Below are positions 9,559 to 18,735 of a stretch of 64,000 nucleotides of DNA, piece after piece. Location: NCBI RefSeq assembly GCF_000142905.1, contig NW_013657666.1:444631-508630 (forward strand), written 5' to 3'. The notes below the pieces were generated by a model. The model saw only the letters and a program-made list of their open reading frames with translations. It was not told the origin of the DNA and did no database searches. Source of the DNA: Thecamonas trahens ATCC 50062. Taxonomy: Eukaryota; Protista; Apusomonadida. The first letter of the stretch is position 1. Each line of letters begins with the position of its first letter. The translations under genes were made by a program, and so were the position numbers.

Positions 9559-11352
9559 CTATGAAGCGGTGAGCTTGCGGAGCGGGACCGAGGCGGCGGC
9601 AGCGAGGTCGCGGCAGGTCTGGATGAGGTGCGGTGTCAGCGGATTGCTCGGGTCGAGCGTAGCGTAGGCTTCAGGGGTGCATGCAACGTAGAGGAGAGCC
9701 TCGGTGTGCATGGCAACAAGGTGAGCGTGGATGGGCTTGGAGAAAGTTGTGAGAAGAACGAGCAGCTTGGCGAGCTTGTAGGCACGAGGCCCGCGGGCCG
9801 AGTCCTCGGCGTCCGAGTAAGTGGTCATGAGCGAGGCGAGCCGCTGGACGATTTCGCCGACGCGGCAGTCGCAATACTCAGTGATGCGGCCAGAGAGGTC
9901 AACAAAGCCTTGAATGTCAACAAGGAGGGCCACAAGGGTGCGTGGATGATTGCGCGAGAGCGGGACCTCGCAGAGCGCGGCTTCCTGGTGCAAGTAGAAG
10001 AGGCTGTAGACAAAGGCGGCCGACTCGATGTAGTACTCGCGGAGCTTGAGAACGAGCTCGGGTGTGAGCTCCGAGCTTGCGCCACCGAGGCCGTAGGCCA
10101 ATGGCGGACGCGGAGCGAGGGCATCGTCATCGTCGAACGAGAGCAGACTCGGCGAGAAGGACGGTTGGGTGGAGGAGGCGCCGCGCTCATTCTCGGCGTA
10201 GAACATCTCTGTGGGATCGCGGAGGACAATGCGGAGGATGTCGTCGAGGTCAGGCTCGACGCGAGTAAGTAGTGACATGCGGCCGTCAATACCGTGAGAG
10301 GCATCAACGGCGGCGCCGAGAAGCTGGACAAGGACAATGGCGTACTCCAGCTCGTCGGCGCGGGACGGGCCGGCGACGCGCCACGGTACCTCGGGATCGT
10401 CAAAGCGAAACTCGGTGTCTGCAAGGTAGAACTCCAGCTCGTCAACAACAAAGGTGAGGAGCTGCGACGAGAGCCAGAACTCGTGCTTGAGCCAGCGGTC
10501 GGCGGCGAGGGCGAGGGCCAGCTCTTCGACGGCGCGGAAGCGTGTGGCGAGATCTCGGGCCGAGACAATTTCGGACTGGATGTCCTCAAAAAGGCTGAGA
10601 GCTCCTTGCGACGGAGTTGCGCTGGCGTCGATGGGTCCGCGAGCCGGCGACGCCGCGGCATGGCGGCAGCCAGGACGGCTGCGGTCCAGCTTCGCTCGAT
10701 GTAGTGGAGGAGCTTGGAGAGGCGGAGTGTGGTGTGGATGTGGTAGTGGCGAGTGCCGTCGGCAGCATCGGTGCCAGCAAACGGGCCTGCGCTCGAGGCT
10801 GATGACGAAGCCGCAGACGCTGCAGAGAGGCCCGAGTCGTTGACGGCCGACGCCGAGGCGCGGAGGAGCGACGAGCGGTCAAGCGACTCGCCAAGGTTAG
10901 TCAGCGAGGCGTCGAGCCGCAGGCGGTCGCCATCGTGCAGCTCGGCGTCGGCGCCATGGCGCTGCCCAGTCACGATGGTGATGGACATGGAGACGGCGGC
11001 AAGCTCGGGGTCAGTGAGCGGGTCGCCGTCATGGGCAGAGGTGAAGACGCCTTGGACGTCGACGAGGACGATGGGCTCGGGCGGGTCGTACGAACCGAGA
11101 GGCACGACATATATGGCGTCCGGGAAGACCGCGCACAGTGCGTCGAACTCCTTCCCGCCGTCCTTGACCACCACCGGCTCGTAGAAGACCATGGAGTCGA
11201 GCTCGCGGGCGTCGATGACCCGTCGCAGCTGCGACATATGGTACAGTCGCTCCTGCCCGAGGTGTGCAAGGTGAGTTGCAGGAAGGAGATGGCGGTAACA
11301 AGGAGGGGGGGGGAGGGGGGGGAGGAGGGGGAAGTTGTGATGCACATACCAT
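9559..11352 (-). CDS. C12orf56-like (DUF4551) protein; ATG-only first coding exon, intron 11253-11349, apparent 1-nt frameshift near 10660
   Basis: ATG|GTATGT donor at 11349 and ctcac..gggcag acceptor at 11253 give M-ERLYHMSQLRRVIDARELDSMVFYEPVVV. After a frame change near 10660 it reads LFEDIQSEI..WLKHEFWLSSQLLTFVVDELEFYL..RADELEYAIVLVQLL, matching C12orf56 (LKRLFWKTSDLFYFLVNKLHEYL, RADEL), and runs open into ORF 9559..10278. Confidence 0.7.
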
Positions 11353-11439
11353 GGCTGAGGCGAGAAGAGAACGACGGAGAGAGGTGGCGGTGCGAAAGGC
11401 TTGCTGACGCCGTTACGAGGCGACAAGCCTTGCAGGCGG

Positions 11440-11509
11440 GCGATCAGCAGGCGATCAGGCGGCGATCAGGCGGGTGATCAGGCGGGTGATCAGGCGGGTG
11501 ATCAGGCGG
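11440..11509 (+). repeat. Short tandem repeat (GATCAGGCGGGT)n, about 6 degenerate copies
   Basis: gcgatcagcag gcgatcaggc ggcgatcagg cgggtgatca ggcgggtgat caggcgggtg atcaggcgg, between two divergent genes. Confidence 0.85.
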
Positions 11510-11579
11510 CTCGCGAGACCCCGGGCACATACACACACTCTCTCTCTCACACCACTCCTCTCTCGTTCATGGTTGAACT

Positions 11580-14500
11580 ATGAGTGTGAATCTTCTCCAA
11601 GACATGTAGGTGCTCGTGCGGCTGGGTGGGGGGGTGGTTGGGGGTGGGATGGGGGTGGATGGGGGAAGGCAAGGGGTGAGTGGGTACAGAAAAAGGTCGT
11701 AGTTGGCGCGAAGCACCGCGAGGAGACACTCACCGGCCAGGTCGCGGAAGGATGCATGCAGGGCAAGAAGGGGTGTTGAAACGGCCTGCAAGAACTACCA
11801 CTCTGCCCTGGCGGCGTACGACAGCTGCATGAGTGAGGGAAAGGGGGAGAAGGCAGCAGAGGCCAAGGTGCGCATAGCCGAGGCCAAGGTGCGCATAGCT
11901 GAGGCCAAGGTCGGAGTGGCCGAGGCCAAGGTTGACGAGGCCGAGGCCAAGGTTGACGAGGCCGAGGCCAAGGTCGACGAGGCCGAGACCAGGGTTGACA
12001 AGGCCGAGGCTATGGTCGGGGTGGCCAAGGCCGAGATCCGGGTGGCCAAGGCCAAGGTCGGGGTGGCCGAGGCTAGGCACGAGGCAGTGATTGGCGCACG
12101 GCATGCTGGAGTCGCAACGGATGCCGACGTGGCCGAGGCCACGGCTGACAAGGCCGAGGCTATGGTCGGTGTGGCTCATGCCAAGGTTGGGGTGGCCGAG
12201 GCCAAGGTTGTCGTGCTCGAGGCCAAGGTCGACGAGGCCGGGACCAGGGTTGACAAGGCCGAGGCTATGGTCGGAGTGGCCGAGGCCGAGATCCGGGTGG
12301 CCAAGGCCAAGGTCGGGGTGGCCGAGGCTAGGCACGAGGCAGTGATTGGCGCACGGCATGCTGGAGTCGCAACGGATGCCGACGTGGCCGAGGCCACGGC
12401 TGACAAGGCCGAGGCTATGGTCGGTGTGACTCATGCCAAGGTTGGGGTGGCCGAGGCCAAGGTTGTTGTGCTCGAGGCCAAGGTCGACGAGGCCGAGGCC
12501 AAGGTTGACGAGGCCGAAACCAGGGTTGACAAGGCCGAGGCTATGGTCGGTGTGGCTCATGCCAAGGTTGGGGTGGCCGAGGCCAAGGTTGTTGTGCTCG
12601 AGGCCAAGGTCGACGAGGCCGAGGCCAAGGTCGACGAGGCCGAGACCAGGGTTGACAAGGCCGAGGCTATGGTCGGAGTGGCCGAGGCCAAGGTCGGGGT
12701 GGCCGAGGCCAAGGTGCGCATAGCTGAGGCCAAGGTTGTCGTGCTCGAGGCCAAGGTCGACGAGGCCGAGACCAGGGTTGACAAGGCCGAGGCTATGGTC
12801 GGTGTGACTCATGCCAAGGTTGGGGTGGCCGAGGCCAAGGTTGTTGTGCTCGAGGCCAAACTGCGCGAAGCGACTGCGTGTGGCGCCAGCGAGGCCGAGA
12901 TCGAATCAATCACGACACGACTCAAACTCGCCTCGCAAGAACTGACCCATGCCTCGCCGGCTAACGAGAAGCTCCACCCGCAGATCGGCATTATTCAGCC
13001 GCACGGGGCGGCCTCCAAGTCTAGGGCAAAGGGCTTTGCGTCACACCTATCGCCGGTCTCGGATCCGGCAGCACTCTACCCTCTGCTGGTGACCGGGCAC
13101 CTGAAGATGGTTGGATGGCCGGAGCAGGAGAGCCAGTCACCTTCGGCAAGCAGTGGAGCTTTGTCCGTGGCCGATCTTGCCAGTGGGCCGGAAGACCTCG
13201 GCAGTGGCGCTGCTGCCTCTCCGCCCATTTGCCAGTTTGTCGAGCTCGACCACAACGTCGCCCTGGGAATGTTTAGCCGCGTTGGTAACCTGCAGGCTGC
13301 TACGCAAAAGGCTGTGCGTGACATCACCCAATCACTCTGGCCTCTGGTCTTCACCTCCAGCTCTAGCCCGTGTGTCGGGCTTGATGCTGACCCAATGCAG
13401 ACCTTCCATCTCGAACGCACTTTCCTCTCGGAGCTCACGTCGTCGCTGTACGTCTTTCTTGGCGACGAGATCTCGACTTCCTTTCCGAGTGACACGGAGC
13501 TGGCCAAGCACACGGCCAGTGCTTTGGATTTTTGCTTGCAGCATCGAGCAGATCTCGACAAGGTCATTGCCAGCGCGACATCAGTCGAGCGCGCAACAAC
13601 GCGTTTGGCCGCTATCACGTCGGAGCTGGCCCAGTCCGGATCGTCGTCGTCGCGTCCAGACTCAAACCGTCGGGCAACCGAGCTGCTTGCCGCGATGAGC
13701 GAGGCGGAGGAAGAACTGACCAACCCGCAACTGGAGCAGTTTCCGGTTCGGGTGACAAATGCGCGCGAGAGCCGCGAAGACTCGCATGATCCCAGTTCCT
13801 CGGACGCACGCAGTGCTGATGCTGTTGTGTTCAACCGAAGCCCATTGCGGACGTGGATGTGGGTCGAACACCCGGTACTCCGCAACGCGCAGCCGGACGT
13901 ACTCTGGGGCCTCCACTCCCAGCAAGTCAAGCTCGGCTTTGGCATCTTTGAGCCCGGCAGTTCCTCCAAGGGGGGACAAGTCGAGGCGTACGCTTCTGCG
14001 TTGGGGCTGGCTGCTGCTGGCTACCCTGCTGTGATTTCGATCCTCTCACTCTCTGGGTCGTTTCCCACGCCGGAAAACTCCGGCGCCAACATCTCGCTGC
14101 AACTTGCAGCTCACCTTGTCGGCGAAAACCAGGTGCAGCATGTAGCTGTGGGCCTCCTCAAGACCGACTCGCTCACATCGTACGTGGACATTGTGGCCGG
14201 CTTTGCAGTTTCGATGTCCGAGGTCACCCAGATCATGGTCAAGCGCCTGGCGGACCCAAGCCTTGCGCCGCAGCAGTTTGGGCCCAACGTGGCGGTTGTC
14301 GCCGGATTTGTCTTCAAGTGGTTCCGCCCCTCCTCCTGCCGCTGGCCGAACCTGGATGCGTGGACGATTGCGTCGCCCGAGCTGCGGATGTGCTTGATGG
14401 TGGTCGACAAAGCGTTCACCGTTCTCCACGGACCCCACAACGAGACGGTCGAGGCGCTACCTGGTCATGTTGCTGTCGTTGTCACCAAGGCTGTGACCGA

Positions 14501-14981
14501 TGTTGAGGTCGACGACACGGGCGTGACTACGGCCCACTTTGACGACGTGGCGGCCCGGCTGAAGAAGCTCCATGCCGCGGGCATTGTCCATGGCGACGTC
14601 CGCCGTAGCAACGTTGTCTTTGGCAACAACGGCAAAGGTTACCTCATTGACTTTGACCTTGCGCGGCCGGTCGGAACCGTGTACCCGGCACGTCTCCGTG
14701 TGGTGCGCGACGGGTCACGCGCGCCTGGTTGTGTCAACTCAACAGCCAGCATGGCGGTTGCGCACGACGTATTTGCGTTGGGTGGCGTGATGGAGCTGTA
14801 CCAAGCCGTCGACAATGGCAGACAGAGCGAGTGGATCGCTCTCGTCGAATCGTTGAAAGCGGAGGAGCACGGTGCCGCGGTCGGCAAGCTGCCGAGCGAG
14901 TGGCCGAGCCCGCCGTTCCTGCTGCAGCGCACCAGGTCCGCCCGCAGCAAGTCGTGGTCACGCGGAACTGGGTCGCCGTAA
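11580..14981 (+). CDS. Heptad-repeat coiled coil, putative PD-(D/E)xK-like domain and C-terminal divergent protein kinase (Crinkler/CR-type architecture); predicted intron 11606-11740
   Basis: ATG 11580, GTAGGT donor at 11606 and ctcaccggccag acceptor at 11740 join in frame. About 340 aa of AEAKVxx heptads follow. QPDVLWG..GFGIFEPG..KGGQVEAY is REase-like. Kinase motifs are FVFKWF, HGDVRRSNVVF, LIDFDLA and HDVFALG. Confidence 0.7.
11857..12860 (+). repeat. Coding minisatellite: 21-bp GCCGAGGCCAAGGT-based units with a near-perfect 255-bp higher-order duplication
   Basis: The block gcacgaggcagtgattggcgcacggcatgctggagtc starts at both 12077 and 12332. gccgaggccaaggt recurs throughout. Confidence 0.9.
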
Positions 14982-14995
14982 ACATGCATCACAAC

Positions 14996-15130
14996 TTAGT
15001 TGCAGAACATCTCAAAGTTGAACACGTCGGGGATCTCGTAGTCGGCGAGTATGATGTGATCTTTGTACACTCGATCAGCCTTCTGCAGGCGGATGCGCAT
15101 CGGCTGCGGGCCCGTCTGCGACGCAATCAT
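14996..15130 (-). pseudogene. UBL5: 5'-truncated UBL5/Hub1 fragment (44 aa, not in the ORF track)
   Basis: The minus strand reads MIASQTGPQPMRIRLQKADRVYKDHIILADYEIPDVFNFEMFCN*, colinear with the C-terminal half of UBL5/Hub1 (LIAAQTGT..KI.L.KWYT..KDH..L.DYEIHDG.NLELYY). The N-terminal NDRLGKKVRVKC half was not found upstream, and the terminal YY is replaced by FC. Confidence 0.8.
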
Positions 15131-15141
15131 CCGCGCCCTCT

Positions 15142-15522
15142 GCGACCGTTCCCAGAACGGTCGCCAGGAACGTTGTGGGAACGTTCCCGTTCGCCGTGGC
15201 CAGTGGCGGGCGGCTGAACACGACGCCCGCGCGGTTTTCGACGCCTGGCATGCGCAATGCGCAGCGCATAGGGTCTACACTTGGCATGTGTGTACCCACG
15301 ACATTCCTACAACTTGTACACAAGGGGATTCCGTAAAGACTACGGCATGCGGACAGGAGGGGGGAGAAGGGTGCTAAAGGCCAAGTTCGGGACCGTTCTG
15401 AGAACGGTCCCAGAACGGTCCTGCGACCGTTCCTGGGACGGTCCTGGGCGCCAGCGTTCTGCGACCGTTCCCGGAACGCTATCCCCAAGACGCGATGGGA
15501 ACGCTATCCCCAAGACGCGATG
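15142..15522. repeat. Array of GACCGTTC-N3-GAACGGTC palindromes plus a 25-bp tandem duplication; possible mobile-element subterminal region
   Basis: Perfect inverted repeats at 15142-15164 and 15389-15411, degenerate copies at 15425-15443 and 15463-15481. GGAACGCTATCCCCAAGACGCGATG occurs twice (15473-15522). Confidence 0.8.
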
Positions 15523-15884
15523 TGGGGGTTTCCGGGCAAAACAGGTGAGAAGCTTTGGTAAAGACCACACTTTATAGTTATATAAACACATTATTAAATT
15601 TACATGATTAAATGATTTTGTACAGTAAAATTCAAAATATATACTGTTTTACGTTGCAAAATATATAAAAGTATTATTTTGGTTGGTTTGGAGACTGTTT
15701 TGCACTTTTTTACTTTTGCGGATGGTGCGTGTGAGTCGGCCCCGAACACGCGCGATCGGAGCTGGCCGTCGCCCGAGCCCTTCTTTTCCAGAGGCGTATT
15801 AGGCACTTGCACCACAGCTCCACCCCCACCTGCTTACTCATAGCTCTTCCTACTCCGCTCATCTACGTGCTGGCACTCTGTCCA

Positions 15885-17939
15885 TCAGTTTATCTTGCCG
15901 GGGCCGGGCTCGGCCTCGACCCTGCGGTAGAACATGACATAGGCGTTCGAGGCGAGGATCGAGTAGGCAGGCGAGATCTTGCGGAGGACATCGTCCTCGT
16001 CGACAGGCGTCACGTCGTTGTCGTCAAAGAGGTACCAGCCCATGGCGGGAGCAGGCGCGCCCGGCGAAGCATTGGGGTCTGCCCACGCGCACTTGACGTA
16101 CGAGATGTAGTGGCCCGAGCCCGACGATGAGCCGGAATGGAAGACGATGCCAAAAAGCTCAAACTCGTCGAGGCGCTGAGAGCACTCGGGCGTGCACCAG
16201 CGCGAAAGACGGAGGACCGACGGCGATGGAATGTGCACATTCATCTTGCGCGGTGTGCCGTACATGTCCATTGAGAACCGGTTAAAGTGGATGGTGAGGA
16301 TCGGCGGGAGCTCGGCAAAGTGGATGGTCTTCTCAGCTTCGTTCTTGGCATTGCACGACGCGCAGGAGTACTTGTTCGACCCGTTGAGCATCTCGGTCTT
16401 GGTAAAGTGGGAGAGCGCCCACGACATCGACGTGGCACGCCGGACTGGGAGCGAGACATCCTGAAAGGCCTCGGTCGTCGACGTTGCGTTCTCGCACCCA
16501 AAGCAGCGGATGCGCGAGACGAGCTTGCCCGCAAACTGCTCCGCAATCGGGTTCGGCACCACAGTGGCCCCGCTCCCTGGGTCGTCGACTGGCTCGCCGA
16601 CCTTGGCCCCGACCCGCCGCTTGCCCGCAGGCACCAGCCGTACCTCATCCGGCTCGCCGCGCTTGACCCCGACCACCACCGGTGGCGGGCGGGCACTTCT
16701 GCCTGCTACCGCCTCGGTGCTAGCAACAGTTTGCTCCTCGTTCTCCGCCGACACCATCAGGCTCTGGACTGCCTCGGCCACGTCGTCAATGGTGGAGAGC
16801 AGGTACCGCAGCCACTCTTGCGCGTCGTGCTGCCCGTAGCCAAACACGCTCTTGAGATGGTCGAACAGCGCGTTCGGGTGGACCGCGTTCGAAAAGTGCT
16901 CGTCAAAGTAGTCATGGTAGCTGCTGCGCGCCGCGCCTGCATTGTCGGGTACGGCACCAAACGAGGCTTCGTTCTCTGGTGACGGCGCCAACACGCGCCT
17001 GCTGGAGGTAGGCTTATCGTTGTCGAGTCCAAGACCCACAATCTCGTCGTCGTCAGACTCAAGCACCACGGTATCATCTCCACCAAGCTCCATCGGCCCA
17101 CTGGTCTCGTCCGCCGGCGTCGTACTCCTCGAACCAGGGCCTGGTTGTGACGCGTCTAGCGGCAGCGTGGCCTCCAGGTCTTGGTCGACTTCGGTCGACG
17201 AGGTCTCGCCGCTCTGTGGATCCTTGGGCTGCACAGTGTCCGGCGGCGTGCCCGCATCCACCGGATCAGAAGCCAAAATCTCGCTCGCGCCGGCAGCCTC
17301 CTCGGGCGACGGCACCGCCGCAAGGCCGACCGTCTCCATCGACACGAACAGCGCGTCGAGGTCCAGCACCAACTTGTGATGATTCTGCAGAGTATTCGGT
17401 AGCTCGGTGCTCTCTGTCGTCCGCAGCACCACCCGCACCGACCGGGCCAGCCGGCGCAGCTGGCCGCGAAAGGCTGGGATGTGAAACAGGACTTGGGTCA
17501 CCGCGTTAAAGTAGCAAGTGTTGCCCAGGTTCCACAGGCCCGGAGGGTTGCTGGCCGGCACCTTGGCCGGCCGATGGACCGCCAGTGGCTCGGGTGACAG
17601 CCGCCGGCGCGAAGCCTGCAACTTCCGCCGCCCAGTCTTCCCAGCCTTGCCCTTCTTGCCCGACGCCCCACGCAGCCGCGAGCCCTCCCGCGCCAGCATC
17701 TGCAGCCCTTCGCCGCTCCCTTCCTCCCTCCCGCCAGCCTCGTCATCGTCGCCGGCCTCCTCGGCCGTCTTGTCCTGGTCCTGCTGTGTGTGTCGTTGTT
17801 GTGTGTGAGGGAAGGGGGGGGAGGGGGGGGGAGGGGGGGTGCGAGGGGAAGGTGTTCGAAGGAAGGGCAGTCGACGACGACAGGACGGCTTGCAGGCCTG
17901 CATAGCACGTACCATGGGAATGGGCTCGGCAGGTGGCAT
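15885..17939 (-). CDS. Ubiquitin-specific protease, USP1-like; probable intron about 17781-17912
   Basis: GLWNLGNTCYFN Cys box, QHDAQE, RCFGCE..FQDVSLPV..SWALSHF, KYSCASC, HSGSSSGSGHY His box and WYLFDD. GTACGT donor at 17912 and a cag acceptor near 17781 flank a C-rich tract. Confidence 0.85.
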   Translation of the reverse strand: MPPAEPIPMVRAMQACKPSCRRRLPFLRTPSPRTPPPPPSPPFPHTQQRHTQQDQDKTAEEAGDDDEAGGREEGSGEGLQMLAREGSRLRGASGKKGKAGKTGRRKLQASRRRLSPEPLAVHRPAKVPASNPPGLWNLGNTCYFNAVTQVLFHIPAFRGQLRRLARSVRVVLRTTESTELPNTLQNHHKLVLDLDALFVSMETVGLAAVPSPEEAAGASEILASDPVDAGTPPDTVQPKDPQSGETSSTEVDQDLEATLPLDASQPGPGSRSTTPADETSGPMELGGDDTVVLESDDDEIVGLGLDNDKPTSSRRVLAPSPENEASFGAVPDNAGAARSSYHDYFDEHFSNAVHPNALFDHLKSVFGYGQHDAQEWLRYLLSTIDDVAEAVQSLMVSAENEEQTVASTEAVAGRSARPPPVVVGVKRGEPDEVRLVPAGKRRVGAKVGEPVDDPGSGATVVPNPIAEQFAGKLVSRIRCFGCENATSTTEAFQDVSLPVRRATSMSWALSHFTKTEMLNGSNKYSCASCNAKNEAEKTIHFAELPPILTIHFNRFSMDMYGTPRKMNVHIPSPSVLRLSRWCTPECSQRLDEFELFGIVFHSGSSSGSGHYISYVKCAWADPNASPGAPAPAMGWYLFDDNDVTPVDEDDVLRKISPAYSILASNAYVMFYRRVEAEPGPGKIN

Positions 17940-18095
17940 GGGCTCAGTTTTCTCCGCACCTCCTCTCCCTCGTGTCCTGGAGTGGTGTGTGGTGCCTACT
18001 GCTGCTGCTGCCGCTTCCGCTGACACTGCTGGTGGGCACGCCACGTCGCCTCTATCGTCACCACCTCACCACCAAACACACACAGAGAGAGAGAG

Positions 18096-18695
18096 ATGCC
18101 CCTCTATTCATATGCAGAGCTCCTGGCCCGGGCTGCGGCTATGGGAGAGGCCGACCCGGCCCTTCCGGTCATGGACACCCTGCCGCACCCGGCCTGCATG
18201 GCCTGGCCGCTTGTCCCGCGCCCGTCTCTGGTCCTCCTGCCTGGCGATCGGGGCTCGACCGCGGCGCCCATCCGCTACCATGTTTCCGGCCTTGATGCCT
18301 GGGCTGATGTCGCCAGCGCTCCGCTTGCGGCTGTGGTGGTGGCGCTTGCCAAGGCGCTTCCGCGCATCGTACCCGGCGCGACGCTCGTCACCGCTGCCCC
18401 ACTCGTCGTCCTCGCCCTGCCCAAGCTGAAGAGCAAGGAGGAAGCGCCTTTATGCGATAGCGGGACAGATGCTCTGGCTGCGGCAGCCAAGGCCCGATCG
18501 ATGATCCGAGCGCGGAGAGTGACCGAGTGGCTTGCCGAGTGGCTCACGAGTGAGCTTCTCGGCCGGCTGGTTGTGTGCTCGGTGTGCGGCGGGCACTCGT
18601 CGAGCTCGCAGCTGGCAGCCGACGGCAACGCCTGGCACGCCACCTGCCTCCACTGCGGGTCACGTTCGAGCATTACGCTGCCAGTGACTGATTGA
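18096..18695 (+). CDS. Divergent eIF2beta/aIF2beta-like protein lacking the N-terminal poly-lysine boxes
   Basis: N-terminal YSYAELLARA (cf. eIF2beta YTYEELLxR) and C-terminal zinc ribbon VVCSVCGG..WHATCLHCGSRSSI (cf. YVxCxxC..LxCxxCxSxxSV). Confidence 0.55.
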   Translation: MPLYSYAELLARAAAMGEADPALPVMDTLPHPACMAWPLVPRPSLVLLPGDRGSTAAPIRYHVSGLDAWADVASAPLAAVVVALAKALPRIVPGATLVTAAPLVVLALPKLKSKEEAPLCDSGTDALAAAAKARSMIRARRVTEWLAEWLTSELLGRLVVCSVCGGHSSSSQLAADGNAWHATCLHCGSRSSITLPVTD

Positions 18696-18735
18696 GGGGA
18701 GGGGGGAGAGGAGGGGGGCGTTGCGGGCTTGCGCC

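Noticed and set aside
11440-15720. Complete transposon with terminal inverted repeats and target-site duplication
   Set aside because: I could not find matching termini or a transposase by eye, so the components are reported separately as findings.
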